DNA from: Spirochaetales bacterium
Lineage (GTDB): Bacteria; Spirochaetota; Spirochaetia; JABEVK01
Assembly (NCBI GenBank): GCA_037142615.1
Contig: JBAXAI010000019.1
Location: 1 to 64,000 of the forward strand
Direction of reading: 5' to 3'
DNA length: 64,000 nucleotides
Below, one piece after another: positions 37,847-48,494 of the stretch. Every line of letters begins with the position of its first letter. Within the stretch, counting starts at the first letter, position 1. The position numbers and the translations under genes are program-made. The notes beneath the pieces are model-generated. The model was not told the DNA's origin, searched no databases, and was given only the letters and a program-made list of their open reading frames with translations.

Positions 37847-38978
37847 ATGCTCGAAGACCTTCAAAACCGCATCGCCCAGATCGCCACCGAAGCGCGTGAA
37901 ACCTGGAGGCGTCTTTGACCCCGACGCCGTCAACCAGCAAATAGAAGACGAAGAAGCCGTCACTCACGACCCGAACTTCTGGAATGATCAGGAGCGGGCT
38001 CAGAAAGTGATGACCACCCTCAAACGCCTGAGGGGGCGGCTGGAACCTTGGAAAGGTCTGCTCCAAGACTTGGAAGATCTCGAAGTGTTGTACGAAATGG
38101 CGATGTCCGAGCAGGACCAATCCCAGGAGTCTGAAATTATCGGGCAGTTGCTTCGGGTCGAAGAGCTCTACAAGCGGCGGAAGGTGCTAGAGTTGCTGTC
38201 GGATGAAGCCGACCCGTTCGACGCTTACCTCGACATCCACGCCGGAGCCGGCGGAACCGAGGCCTGTGACTGGGCGAGCATGCTGTTGCGCATGTACACC
38301 CGCTGGGCGGAACGCCGCAAGTTCAAGGTCGAACTGGTGGACCTTCTTGAGGCCGAAGGGGGCGTCAAGTCGGCTACTCTTCAGATCACAGGCGAGTTCG
38401 CCTATGGGTACCTCAAGGCCGAGAACGGCGTGCACCGCCTGGTGCGCATCAGCCCCTTTGACGCGGCCGCCCGCCGCCACACCAGCTTCACCTCGGTCTC
38501 GGTGCACCCGGTTATCGACGACACCATCACGGTCGAGATCAAAGACGACGACCTGCGCATCGACACCTACCGCGCGCAGGGGGCAGGCGGGCAGCACGTC
38601 AACAAGACTGACTCGGCAGTGCGTTTGACCCACCTGCCCACGGGCATCGTGGTGCAGTGCCAGAACGAGCGCAGCCAGCACAAGAACAAGGCCACCGCCA
38701 TGGGCATCCTCAAGAGCCGTCTGTACGAGCATTACAAGGCCGAGCAGGACAAAGAGATGTCGAAATACACCGCGGGCAAGAAGGCCATCGAGTGGGGCTC
38801 GCAGATCCGCAGCTACGTCTTCCAGCCCTACACCATGGTGAAAGACCACCGCAACAAGCACGAGACCGGCAACGTGAACGCGGTGATGGACGGCGACATC
38901 GACGATTTTATGGAAGAGTTTCTTAAGTTCTCGTGGGAGAACAAGACCTTTGTTCCCGATGGTGATGACGACCTTTAG
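37847..38978 (+). CDS. prfB: Peptide chain release factor 2 (programmed +1 frameshift)
   Basis: ATG 37847 after AGGAG; internal SD GGAGG-CGT-CTT-TGA-C at 37905-37919; SPF and GGQ motifs lie in the +1 frame. Confidence 0.96.
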
Positions 38979-40407
38979 GGTAGGCCACCGACACGGCCTG
39001 ACAGCCATACTCTTGGCGCTGGCCTCGAGCGTGGTTGCGTTTGCTGCCCCTGCCACCCCGGGGGGCACGGTTCCCACCGCCTGGACGTGGGCGTACGCCG
39101 AGTTTGAGGTCGATACCTCCGGGCCGGCCGATACCCCCTGGAGGACGGCGCTCCCTCAACTTCTGGTCAAGGAATGGGACCATCTTCCCTCACATGCCAT
39201 CAGCGACGCAGAGCGGCAGGCGTGGCTGGCCGTCGACCAGGAAACCCGTAGACGCGAGCTCGCGCGCCAGCGGGATCAAAAGGCGCTCGATCTGAGCCGT
39301 CTGGTTCTCCAGCCGGTGCTCCCAACTGGAGAGCCGGCTGCGAGCGAAAAGGCTTTGGCGGCTTTGGACGCCCAGTTGGCTGGCTTGGATGCTGCGCCTC
39401 CAGGCGGCTTGGCCGACTCTCTTCCCTTTCAGTTGATAGCTCCGAGTTCGAGGCCGGGGTTGCCCTCGGCAGCATCAGCACCGGCTGCGCTTGAGCGGGA
39501 AAGCCATGCCTTCTTCCTTGTCACAGGAACCCTCAAGCTCGTGGCCGGCTACCTCAACGTCACAGTGTCGCTCACGAGCACGCTGGAACATCGGGTGTTG
39601 GCCCACTGGAATGCGGTCTTTGCTCCCGACGAGGCTCCCGAGCAGATGCTGCTGGCGCGAAGGGCTTTGCAGGAGGCTTTGCTGGGTCGACCTTGGGCCG
39701 CAGTCGACTTTCGGGACGAACTGGAAGGCACGGTGGTGAGCCTTGAGGGTGAAGGCCGGAAGACGCTTCCTTGGATTGGCGAGTTTCTGGTACCGGGCGA
39801 TCACAAAATGACTGTGTTCCGCCCCGGCTTGCCCCCCGAAGAACGGGTTGTCACATTGACGGCGGGGCAGACCAACACCCTTTCACTCGCTTCTGATACC
39901 ACCGCAGCGGCTCGGCAAATGCTCAGGCTGACCAGTGAACCTCCCGGGGCGACCGTCACCGCCGACAGCCGGGCTCTGGGCATCACGCCCTTGGAACTTC
40001 CTCGCCCGCTGGCCGTCACCAGGGTGAAACTGCGCCTGGATGGGTACGCGCCTCAGGTGATCGAAGTGCAGCCAACAACCGTCGAAAATCTCAACGTGGT
40101 CCTGCTTCCTCCCCAGTTGCCCCCAGACACCGTGGCAGCCCGCGACCGCTTCTACGTGACGGTGACGGCGCTCACCGCCTCGCTTGCGGCTACGGTCTTT
40201 CTGAAGGACGCCGCCGACCAAGCTTACCGATTGGCGACTGCCTACTCTTCTGGAACCCAGGCTGGGAACTTTACGGCAGCCGTCGGCCAATACCAGTTGT
40301 TCTGGTACACTTCCCAGGCGGGATTGGCCTTGACCACTGGCGTTTTTGTCTGGATGATGTTTTCACTCGGGGACTTTCTGGCTGCCGCACAGACCCCACT
40401 TCCTTAA
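38950..40407 (+). CDS. PEGA-domain-containing protein (start uncertain)
   Basis: Signal-like segment, LRLTSEPPGATV...LGITPL...LDGY PEGA motif, C-terminal hydrophobic helices. Confidence 0.7.
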   Translation: MFPMVMTTFRVGHRHGLTAILLALASSVVAFAAPATPGGTVPTAWTWAYAEFEVDTSGPADTPWRTALPQLLVKEWDHLPSHAISDAERQAWLAVDQETRRRELARQRDQKALDLSRLVLQPVLPTGEPAASEKALAALDAQLAGLDAAPPGGLADSLPFQLIAPSSRPGLPSAASAPAALERESHAFFLVTGTLKLVAGYLNVTVSLTSTLEHRVLAHWNAVFAPDEAPEQMLLARRALQEALLGRPWAAVDFRDELEGTVVSLEGEGRKTLPWIGEFLVPGDHKMTVFRPGLPPEERVVTLTAGQTNTLSLASDTTAAARQMLRLTSEPPGATVTADSRALGITPLELPRPLAVTRVKLRLDGYAPQVIEVQPTTVENLNVVLLPPQLPPDTVAARDRFYVTVTALTASLAATVFLKDAADQAYRLATAYSSGTQAGNFTAAVGQYQLFWYTSQAGLALTTGVFVWMMFSLGDFLAAAQTPLP

Positions 40408-40415
40408 GGTGAACC

Positions 40416-41285
40416 ATGAAAAAAGGCCTGTTCCAGCAGCTCCGCGAGAAGTTCTTCGGTACGGGGAACGAGGCCGATTTCGAAGAGATGGAAGACTTGC
40501 TTCTCGAAGCAGATCTGGGCTACAAGACCGCGAAGTTCGTCACGTCCGCCTTGCGCGACGAAGCCAAGAAAGGCCGCCTGAAAACCCGTGAAGAACTCCG
40601 CGAAGCGCTGAAAGATATCCTGCGGCCTTTGGTGAAAACCGCGTTACCGGCCTGGAATCCCGCCACGCTCAACTTGTACCTCGTGCTGGGGGTCAACGGT
40701 GTGGGCAAGACCACCTCGATCGCCAAACTTGCCTTCTGGCTGAACCAAAATGATCGCGGTCCGGTGCTTCTTGCCGCCGGTGATACCTTTCGCGCCGCAG
40801 CCATCGAGCAGCTTCAGCTTCACGGCGAGCGACAGCAGCTCCGCGTGGTCGCGCAAGGCCATGGCTCCGATCCGGGGGCCGTCCTGTTCGATGCGCTCAC
40901 CAGCGCCGTAGCCCGGGGAGAGCGGGTTATTTTGGCCGACACGGCAGGTCGGATGCACAATAAAGCTAATCTCGTCAAGGAATTGCAGAAGATCGACAAG
41001 ATCGCCAAGTCCAAACTGGCAGGTGGGGTCTACCAGAAGATCTTGGTTCTTGACTGCACAACGGGGCAGAATGCCCTTGTGCAGGCTCAGGTCTTCCACG
41101 AGGCCATCGGGATCGACGGCATCATTCTCAGCAAGTACGACTCCTCCAGCCGTGGGGGCATTGCGGTGGCGATCAGTTCGGAACTCGGTCTGCCGTTCCT
41201 TTTCTTTGGTACCGGTGAAAAACCGTCGGACTTTGCACCGTTTGAGCTGGAGCGGTTTCTCGACGGACTGCTCGGAGCCGAATGA
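40416..41285 (+). CDS. ftsY: Signal recognition particle receptor FtsY
   Basis: GVNGVGKTTSIAKLA, DTFRAAA, DTAGR, TGQN, GTGE. Confidence 0.95.
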   Translation: MKKGLFQQLREKFFGTGNEADFEEMEDLLLEADLGYKTAKFVTSALRDEAKKGRLKTREELREALKDILRPLVKTALPAWNPATLNLYLVLGVNGVGKTTSIAKLAFWLNQNDRGPVLLAAGDTFRAAAIEQLQLHGERQQLRVVAQGHGSDPGAVLFDALTSAVARGERVILADTAGRMHNKANLVKELQKIDKIAKSKLAGGVYQKILVLDCTTGQNALVQAQVFHEAIGIDGIILSKYDSSSRGGIAVAISSELGLPFLFFGTGEKPSDFAPFELERFLDGLLGAE

Positions 41286-42367
41286 CCCCTCTACGTTTCG
41301 CGCCCTTGGGACTGTTGCTCTGTTTCGGTCTTTTGTCGGCCCAAACCGATTGGGTTCCGTCGGATTCGCTGGGCCGGTGGAGCGCAAAAGCCACCCCCCG
41401 CAGCAGTCCGGGAACCGGCTGGTTCCTCGGCGTGGAGCGCCTTGACCGCCAGGAAAAACAGACCCTTGTGCAGGACGGCGCCGAACGACGGGTGCTTGTT
41501 TCTGACTTCGATTCGGCCGACCGCTTGGAGCGCACCCGGGTCTTCCAGAGCGGTCAGCTGGTTCAGGACCTCGCGTATCAGGGAGGCAGCCTTCTGCCGG
41601 TTTCGGAAACCGTTTTCACCGATGGCGAACCGCGGAACGTGTTCCGCTATACCTGGGGCTCGGCCGGTCTGCTTAAGCGTCAGGTCGAAACTGCCGACGG
41701 AGTGAACTTGTTCGAAGACAAGATCTTCCGACTTCCCGACGGTCGCCTGAGGCGGTTGGAAAGGAACTCAGCCGAGGGCCCACTCGCCGAGGTTTCGTGG
41801 ACCTACGGCGCGTCGGGGCTTGCTCAGGTTTGGGTCGCCGACGAGGACCTCAAGGTTTCCGGCCGACACAAGGTGGTTTCGTACAGCGCCGAAGGCCTTC
41901 GCGAGGACCTCTGGGACGATGTGAGCCTGTTGGTTTCGGTACTCAAGACGGAACGGGAAGATGGCTATTCCCTGGAGACCGAGAAAGGCTCTGCGGTGAA
42001 GGGCGTGACCGAACGCACCCGCGATGACCGCGGCCGCCTGGTCAGCGAAACCGTGACCATACCAGGAGAGCCTGTCCACAAGACCCGCTGGCAATGGGAC
42101 GACAAGGACCGTGTCGTTCACGAGGAGATCGATATCCCCGGCGGGATGGAGACCACCGACTTGGTCTACAGCGACAAGACAACGGTGATCGAGAAACGCC
42201 GGTTGGACCAACTGAGTTCACGAGAGACCGACGAAGATGGCGAGAAGGTGCTGGTTGAACTGTTCGACCGCGGCAAGAAGTTCCTCGAGGAAGCTTGGAA
42301 TGGGGGTCGAAAAACTGCCGAGCGGTACTTTGATGATGGGAAACTGGTTCGGGAGCGAAAGCTGTGA
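41282..42367 (+). CDS. Hypothetical secreted protein with beta-meander (MORN/YD-like) repeats
   Basis: Signal peptide; repeated DDRGRL/DDKDRV/DDGKLV turns; operonic overlaps at both ends. Confidence 0.6.
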   Translation: MTPLRFAPLGLLLCFGLLSAQTDWVPSDSLGRWSAKATPRSSPGTGWFLGVERLDRQEKQTLVQDGAERRVLVSDFDSADRLERTRVFQSGQLVQDLAYQGGSLLPVSETVFTDGEPRNVFRYTWGSAGLLKRQVETADGVNLFEDKIFRLPDGRLRRLERNSAEGPLAEVSWTYGASGLAQVWVADEDLKVSGRHKVVSYSAEGLREDLWDDVSLLVSVLKTEREDGYSLETEKGSAVKGVTERTRDDRGRLVSETVTIPGEPVHKTRWQWDDKDRVVHEEIDIPGGMETTDLVYSDKTTVIEKRRLDQLSSRETDEDGEKVLVELFDRGKKFLEEAWNGGRKTAERYFDDGKLVRERKL

Positions 42368-43572
42368 AGGGCCTCCCGTTGTTTTTTTTGGCCTTCCGCT
42401 ATGTTCTTTCGCGCCGACGTCATCGCGGTTTCGGGTCGGTCATGCTCTCGCTCCTGGGACTGGCCGCAGGTGTGCTCACGCTGAACGCGGTTCTTTCGGT
42501 GATGAACGGTTTCCAGATGACCTACATCGACAGTCTCGTTGAAGTGTCGTCGTCACACCTGCGCTGGCTCCCTGTGGCCGACGAGCCCGATTCCATCGAG
42601 GTTTCGACCTTGCTGTCGCGGGTTCCGGGTGTGGTTTCCGTTCTGGAGGAGTCCGAGAGCCAGACGCTGGTTCAGAGCGACGCCGGCCGCCAGCGGGGAG
42701 CCCTTGTCCGCGGACTGCCTTCCGACGCGCTGCAGAAGGACCCGGGCCTGCGAACGCACCTGAAGTGGCAGGAGGGCGGTCTGCCCCAGCGTGGAGAGGT
42801 GGCACTCGGAAGCGCTTTGGCGGCCTCATTGGGTGCCTTTCCCGGTTCGTCGGTCAAACTGACTTCGCTTTCGGGGCCTAGTTTTTCGCTGCTGGAGCCG
42901 CGGGTCCTGGAGTATCGCGTCGTCGGTGTGTTTGGCACGGGCTACTATGACTTGGATGCCAATTGGGTGATTGCCAACCTGAGCGACGCCAAGGTTGACT
43001 TGGCCGGTGCCACCGACCGCTATTTCGCCGTCAAGCTGAACCATCCGGAAGACGCCTCGTGGATGCTCGCTTCGCTCGCCCGGGCCTCGGGGCGCCCAGA
43101 GGCAGAGTTTCGTACCTGGGAAGACTTCAACCGGGCTTTTTTTCAGGCGTTGCGGACCGAAAAGTCGGCCATGATGCTGCTGGTGGGCCTGATGTTCTTG
43201 GTGGTCGGCGTCAATATCGCCTTTTCGCAAAAGAGGGCGGTTTTGGAGCACAGGGACGACTTGGCGTTGCTGGTGGCCACCGGAACAACAGCCGCGCGCC
43301 TGCGCTGGGTGTTCGCGCTGGAGGGCCTGATCGTGGGGCTGGCTGCGGCCCTTCTCGGAACGTTCGCAGGCTGGGGGGTATCGCTGGGCGTTTCGTCGCT
43401 GGGCCTGTTTTCCAGCGAGGCCTTCTACATCCCCGAGGTCCCGGCCAGAATGATCGCCGGGGAAGTTGTTGGCATCGCGTTGGCCTGCCTCGCCTCGGCA
43501 ACCTTGGCGGCCTGGTGGGCGTCGGGTCAGGTTCTCAAGGTCCAACCCGGGGAGGTTCTGAAAAACGCATGA
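42364..43572 (+). CDS. LolC/LolE-type ABC transporter permease
   Basis: VLSVMNGF, FGTGYYDLD, WEDFNRAFFQALRTEK, FtsX-type TM helices. Confidence 0.85.
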   Translation: MKGLPLFFLAFRYVLSRRRHRGFGSVMLSLLGLAAGVLTLNAVLSVMNGFQMTYIDSLVEVSSSHLRWLPVADEPDSIEVSTLLSRVPGVVSVLEESESQTLVQSDAGRQRGALVRGLPSDALQKDPGLRTHLKWQEGGLPQRGEVALGSALAASLGAFPGSSVKLTSLSGPSFSLLEPRVLEYRVVGVFGTGYYDLDANWVIANLSDAKVDLAGATDRYFAVKLNHPEDASWMLASLARASGRPEAEFRTWEDFNRAFFQALRTEKSAMMLLVGLMFLVVGVNIAFSQKRAVLEHRDDLALLVATGTTAARLRWVFALEGLIVGLAAALLGTFAGWGVSLGVSSLGLFSSEAFYIPEVPARMIAGEVVGIALACLASATLAAWWASGQVLKVQPGEVLKNA

Positions 43573-44249
43573 GTGATGTCATTTTGGAGTTCCGGCAGGT
43601 TGGCCGGGTGTTCACCGAAACCGCCGAGCCAGTGACGCTCTTTCAGGGGCTCGATTGGTCGCTGAACCGGGGGGACTCAGTAGCTATCATGGGCGAGTCC
43701 GGCACCGGCAAAAGCACGTTGTTGCACCTTGCCGCCGCCCTCGACCAACCCACCAGCGGTTCCGTATGGCTCGAGGGTCAGGAAATCAGCCGAATGGGCG
43801 AAAAGGCGCTCAGCCCCCTTCGTACAAGGAGTGTCGGGTTGGTGTTCCAATTCCACTTCTTGCTCAAGGAGTTCAGCGTACTCGAGAATGTGCTGTTGCC
43901 ATCCTGGCTGGCCGGAACCCCGAAAAAAGCCGCCACCGAACGTGCCCTGGCCTTGCTCGAGCGCGTGGGGCTTTCTCACCGGTTGGGTCATTTCCCCGGC
44001 CAGTTGTCCGGGGGCGAACGTCAACGGGCGGCGCTGGCCCGGGCCTTGATCAACGACCCGCCGCTTCTGCTCGCCGACGAACCGACCGGCAACCTTGACG
44101 AAAAAAACGCAGAGCTCGTCCAGAATCTGCTGTTGGAACTCTCGGCCGACGCGAAGAAGACTCTGTTGCTGGTGACCCATGATCGGAGTTTTGCCGCCCG
44201 GGCCGGATATTGCCTCCACTTGCGGGGTGGGCAGTTGGTCAGGCCATGA
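43569..44249 (+). CDS. lolD: LolD-type ABC transporter ATP-binding protein
   Basis: GESGTGKS, VFQFHFLL, LSGGERQR, ADEPTGNLD, VTHD. Start at ATG 43569. Confidence 0.88.
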   Translation: MSDVILEFRQVGRVFTETAEPVTLFQGLDWSLNRGDSVAIMGESGTGKSTLLHLAAALDQPTSGSVWLEGQEISRMGEKALSPLRTRSVGLVFQFHFLLKEFSVLENVLLPSWLAGTPKKAATERALALLERVGLSHRLGHFPGQLSGGERQRAALARALINDPPLLLADEPTGNLDEKNAELVQNLLLELSADAKKTLLLVTHDRSFAARAGYCLHLRGGQLVRP

Positions 44250-45523
44250 GTCCGGGCCTGGGGCTCAAGCTCGGTTGGACAGCGTTCCGGTCGCGTGGCC
44301 GGGGAGAGGCGAGGTTCTTGTGGTCCAGTTCGCTGGCGTTGGCGCTGGGCCTGGTACCGCTCGTGCTGGTGCTTGCCATCGCCGACGGCATGATCGAGGG
44401 CATCTCGTCTCGTACGATAGAAACTTCGCTCAGTCACGATCAGGCCTGGCCTTTGGTTTCCACGCCAAAGGTAGACCCCGAAACCGCGCTGAAGGTCGTT
44501 CCCGGGTTCCGGAGCGCCCTTCGTGAACAGCAGGGATTCGCTCTGGCCTTTTCGGCCGGTGCACGCCTGGGTGTCAGCTTGCGGGGGGTCGAGGCACGCT
44601 GGGCCCTCGATCCGGGCGTCCGCCGCTTTTTGAAGGCCGACAGCGGTTCCCTCACGTTTCCCAATGCACGTAGCGCGTGGGTAGGCCGCGAAAGTGCCGT
44701 CAAACTGCGTTTGAAGGTCGGAGACACCGTTAAACTGCTGACGACGAGAAGCGTGGGAACGCTGAGCGCTCCCCGGGTGACATCACTGACGGTCGCGGCC
44801 ATTGTCAGCGTCGGCTACGAGGAACTTGACCGCCTGTGGGTGTTCGTGCCCGTGGAGACCTCGCTGACTCTGCTCGATTCGGCCGAGAACCCCGTATTCT
44901 GGGGCCTCAAGAGCGATCGACCTTTGGCCGAGAGCGCTGCCTTCCTTCACGAGGTGCGCTCGGCGCTGGGGAGCGACTGGCAGGTCTACAGTTGGCAGTC
45001 GACCGGGCGGTCGCAGTTCCTCAACTACCAGGCCACACGGTTTCTTCTTCTCGTGGTGATGGCACTCATCCTTCTGGTATCGGCGGTGAACATATCGACT
45101 TCGATGGTGACTTTGGTGCAACAGCGCCGACAGGAAACCGCCATCTTGAAGGCTCTCGGAGGTTCAACGGGGCTCATCCGCAGCCAGTTTCTTGTGCTTG
45201 GTTTGGGTGCGGGCACGGTTGGAACCGCGGTCGGCATGGCCGCGGGGGTCGCGGTCGCGCTGGGGATCAACGGGCTTATCAGCGGGCTTGAAACCGTCCT
45301 CAACGGGCTTTCGGCTCTGCGGGCCTGGATCAGCGGCCAGCCGTTCACGGCTACGAGGCTGCTTGACCCCGCGTACTACCTTGAGTCTTTGCCGGTAAAG
45401 TTCGATGTGCCGCTGCTGGTGCTTGTCGCCTTTGGTACCATTGCCCTGGCGGCGCTGGCGAGCGCGGTTCCTGCCTGGAGGGCCAGCCGACAGCGCCCGC
45501 TGGATGTCCTGAGGCGGGCTTAG
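44246..45523 (+). CDS. LolC/LolE-type ABC transporter permease
   Basis: GYEELD, AILKALG, YYLESLP, FtsX-type C-terminal TM helices. Confidence 0.85.
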   Translation: MSPGLGLKLGWTAFRSRGRGEARFLWSSSLALALGLVPLVLVLAIADGMIEGISSRTIETSLSHDQAWPLVSTPKVDPETALKVVPGFRSALREQQGFALAFSAGARLGVSLRGVEARWALDPGVRRFLKADSGSLTFPNARSAWVGRESAVKLRLKVGDTVKLLTTRSVGTLSAPRVTSLTVAAIVSVGYEELDRLWVFVPVETSLTLLDSAENPVFWGLKSDRPLAESAAFLHEVRSALGSDWQVYSWQSTGRSQFLNYQATRFLLLVVMALILLVSAVNISTSMVTLVQQRRQETAILKALGGSTGLIRSQFLVLGLGAGTVGTAVGMAAGVAVALGINGLISGLETVLNGLSALRAWISGQPFTATRLLDPAYYLESLPVKFDVPLLVLVAFGTIALAALASAVPAWRASRQRPLDVLRRA

Positions 45524-47532
45524 GCGCCGGTCGCCTTCTTGAGGTTGGCCATCAAGGTCTCGAGGTCGTCCACGGTGGCTTCTTCTTCGGGAGTGCCATC
45601 GGTGACGTTCAGGAGCGTTCCCGGAATTTCGGCCAAGAACGGGCTGGGCTCGGGGTGAAAGGTTTCCTTGAGCGTGCGACGGGTCGTGCAGGCCGTCATG
45701 TAGAGTTTTTGACGCGCGCGGGTAATGGCCACATAGAAAAGGCGCCGCTCTTCTTCGATCATGTGCGGGCCTTCCTCAATGCTGCGCTCGTGGGGCAGAA
45801 TCTTGTCCTCCACGCCCATCAAGAAGACTACGTTGAACTCCAGTCCCTTGCTCGCATGGATGGTCATCAGGCTCACGGAACCCTTTTCTTCCTTGTCATT
45901 GAGGTCATCGCGGGTGATGAGCTGGATGCGGTTGAGAAAGCTGAGCAGGTCGGTGCGCGGCGCTTCCGGGTCGTTCTCCCAGTCGTCGAGGAACTTGACC
46001 AGACTCTCGATGTTCTGCCACTTCCACTTGGCGACCTTGTCGCTGGTAGGGTTGTCGCTGAGCAGGAACTCCCAATACTGGATGTCTTCCAGCAGTTCCT
46101 TCAGGTGGGCAGCGAACTTGACCTTGGGTCGGCGGGCACGTTCGCGGTAGTCCGTGATCAGCTCGAGGAACTCGGACAGGTCAGCGCGGGCCTGATCGCC
46201 CAGCGGCGCCTGCTCACTCAGGAGAATGTCTTTGAGCGCATCGTAGAGTGAGATGCTTTTGAGCTGGCTCACGCGGTTGAGGAGTTCGAGGAGCGCTTTC
46301 CCCGCCCCTCGTCGGGGCGTGTTGAGGATGCGCAAAAAGTTCACATTGTCACGGGGATTGGTCAGCACGCGCAGGTAGGCGATGACGTCCTTGACCTCTT
46401 TGCGTTGGAAGAAGCTGGTGCCACCCGACATCTTGTAGGGAATATTTTGCGCCAGTAGCTGCATTTCGATATTCTTGGTCAATGCGTTGGTACGAACCAG
46501 GATTCCGAAGTCGTCGTACTTGCGGTTTTCGCGGAACACCAGCGTCTTGATGGTGTCGGTGATGAAGTGCGCTTCCTTGGTCTCGTCGTCCGGGTGAACG
46601 AGCTCTATGGCCTTGCCTGCGTCAGCCTCGGTCCAAAGCGCCTTTTCCTTGCGGTTGGTGTTGTTGAGGATGAGCGCGTTGGCAGCGGCCAGAATGGCTC
46701 CCGTAGAACGATAGTTCTGTTCGAGCTTGATCTCCTTGCGTTCAGCGAAGTTCTTTTCGAACAACAAGATATTCTCAAAGTTCGCGCCCCGCCAACTGTA
46801 AATGCTCTGGTCGTCATCGCCCACAACGCACAGGTTGCGGTGCTCGCGGGCCAGCAGCTCCACGAAGCGGAACTGCGTGATGCTGGTATCTTGGAACTCG
46901 TCGACCATCACGTACTTGTAGCGTTCGCGGTACTCGGCCAGGATCTCGGGCTGGGTTTCAAACAGCTCCAGGGGCTTGGTGATCAGGTCGTCGAAGTCGA
47001 CCGCGTTGTAGAGCATCAGGTGCTCGGCGTATTCCTTGTAGAGCTTTTTGACCTCGCTGGGTTCGTCGGTCCAGCCTTTGCGTTGGCTTTTCACCGCCGA
47101 AATCTGCTGCGCGATGGCCTGCAGTTCCTGGGGGTCCCAAACCTGTTCGAGCTCGCGGGCGCATTCCTTGAGCAGGGTAAGGCAGTCGTCGGTATCGTAG
47201 ATGGTGAAGTTGCTGCGGTAGCCGAGCGTTTCGCCCTTTTCGCGCAGAATCTGCACACCAAACGCGTGGAAGGTGCTCACGGTGAGGTTGGTCAGCTTGC
47301 GGCCGGTAAGCTGCTTGGCGCGCTCTTCCATCTCGCGGGCCGCTTTGTTGGTAAAGGTGAGGGCCAGAATGGCGCTTTGCGGGATGTGAGACTCGAGCAT
47401 GTGTGCGATGCGGAACGTGATCACACGCGTCTTTCCGCTGCCCGCGCCGGCAATGATGAGCAGCGGACCTTCGATCGTATGGACCGCTTCGTCCTGTTCG
47501 GGGTTGAGCCCCAAGTCACTCATCGCGCGCAT
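45520..47532 (-). CDS. UvrD/Rep/PcrA-family ATP-dependent DNA helicase
   Basis: AGAGSGKT, TFH, DEFQD, VGDDDQSIY, QNYRS, TIHASKGLEF, EEERRLFYVAITRA. Confidence 0.95.
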   Translation of the reverse strand: MRAMSDLGLNPEQDEAVHTIEGPLLIIAGAGSGKTRVITFRIAHMLESHIPQSAILALTFTNKAAREMEERAKQLTGRKLTNLTVSTFHAFGVQILREKGETLGYRSNFTIYDTDDCLTLLKECARELEQVWDPQELQAIAQQISAVKSQRKGWTDEPSEVKKLYKEYAEHLMLYNAVDFDDLITKPLELFETQPEILAEYRERYKYVMVDEFQDTSITQFRFVELLAREHRNLCVVGDDDQSIYSWRGANFENILLFEKNFAERKEIKLEQNYRSTGAILAAANALILNNTNRKEKALWTEADAGKAIELVHPDDETKEAHFITDTIKTLVFRENRKYDDFGILVRTNALTKNIEMQLLAQNIPYKMSGGTSFFQRKEVKDVIAYLRVLTNPRDNVNFLRILNTPRRGAGKALLELLNRVSQLKSISLYDALKDILLSEQAPLGDQARADLSEFLELITDYRERARRPKVKFAAHLKELLEDIQYWEFLLSDNPTSDKVAKWKWQNIESLVKFLDDWENDPEAPRTDLLSFLNRIQLITRDDLNDKEEKGSVSLMTIHASKGLEFNVVFLMGVEDKILPHERSIEEGPHMIEEERRLFYVAITRARQKLYMTACTTRRTLKETFHPEPSPFLAEIPGTLLNVTDGTPEEEATVDDLETLMANLKKATGA

Positions 47533-47560
47533 GACAAAGGTATACGGAAAAACGTACCCA

Positions 47561-47604
47561 GGGGCAAGGTGCCTTGCCCCGGGCTAGGTGCCTTGCCCCG
47601 GCTA
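47561..47604. repeat. Palindrome plus short tandem duplication
   Basis: GGGGCAAGG-TG-CCTTGCCCC, with GGTGCCTTGCCCCGG(G)CTAG present twice in tandem. Confidence 0.6.
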
Positions 47605-47770
47605 GCGACGTGGCCAACGCGATGTTCCGCTGGTAGACGCAAGGGAGTTTCTTCGTTCAGACTGCCTAGGGGGAACTTCCGATGATGTGGCGCGCAACGA
47701 GCTTTTTCCGATTCGGCCTGATGGTTTGTCTCGGGCTTTCCTTGAGTGTAGTTTGATTCAGGAGTGTCCT

Positions 47771-48466
47771 ATGAAGAGTCTTGTATTCCGTTTGGTGCCA
47801 GGCCTTTTTCTCTTCGCTCTGCCGTTACTCGCAGCACAAGACTTAGCGGCTCCCATCGCGCTTACCACTCCTCGAACCCATGGCAGCCAAGTGGTGCAGC
47901 TGCAAAAGAAGCTGTTGGAATTCGGGTTTGTCGAGCTCGGTGAAGCCGATGGGTACTTCGGACCGAAGTCTGCCGAGGCGGTAAAAGGGGTACAGCGGTT
48001 TTTCGGTTTCGTCCCGAACGGGATCGCTGATCCCCAACTTTGGAAATCTCTGTTTTCGCCGGGGACGGCTGGGCCAAAAGTTCCGCTCCTGATTTCCCAG
48101 GCCAACGCCGTTTTGCGTGGTTCGTTCTCGTTAACCGACAAGGAGCTCAATGGACTTTCTACCGAAGGTGGTACGCTTACCGAGTTTCGCCAAGGCGGCA
48201 AGGTCCGCTATCTGGAATTGCGCCTGCTCGGCGAAACCGGTCAACTCCAGGGTCAGGTACCGTTGGTGCCCGGTGGCTTTGTGCTTCTGTTGACGAAGTA
48301 CGCTTATCCGGCACCGTTCGATGTGGAACATTCACAGTTGAGTTATTTGGCCTACTATGCCGTGGGTTCCCAATACCTTCGTATTGTCGACGGCGTTGCG
48401 ACGGAGGTCAGCCGCGACGAAGTGCCGGCCCTTCAAGTTATCCTGAACGAAGTTCGCAGCCAATGA
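47771..48466 (+). CDS. Secreted peptidoglycan-binding domain protein
   Basis: Signal peptide, then GSQVVQLQKKL...ADGYFGPKSAEAVKGVQ...GIAD (PG_binding_1); SD AGGAG. Confidence 0.8.
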   Translation: MKSLVFRLVPGLFLFALPLLAAQDLAAPIALTTPRTHGSQVVQLQKKLLEFGFVELGEADGYFGPKSAEAVKGVQRFFGFVPNGIADPQLWKSLFSPGTAGPKVPLLISQANAVLRGSFSLTDKELNGLSTEGGTLTEFRQGGKVRYLELRLLGETGQLQGQVPLVPGGFVLLLTKYAYPAPFDVEHSQLSYLAYYAVGSQYLRIVDGVATEVSRDEVPALQVILNEVRSQ

Positions 48467-48494
48467 CCTCTCTCCCTGCAACCAAGGAGTCCCC

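Noticed and set aside
37400-38000. CRISPR-Cas locus around the Cas2-like gene
   Set aside because: No repeat-spacer array and no cas1 or effector genes were seen anywhere in the window.
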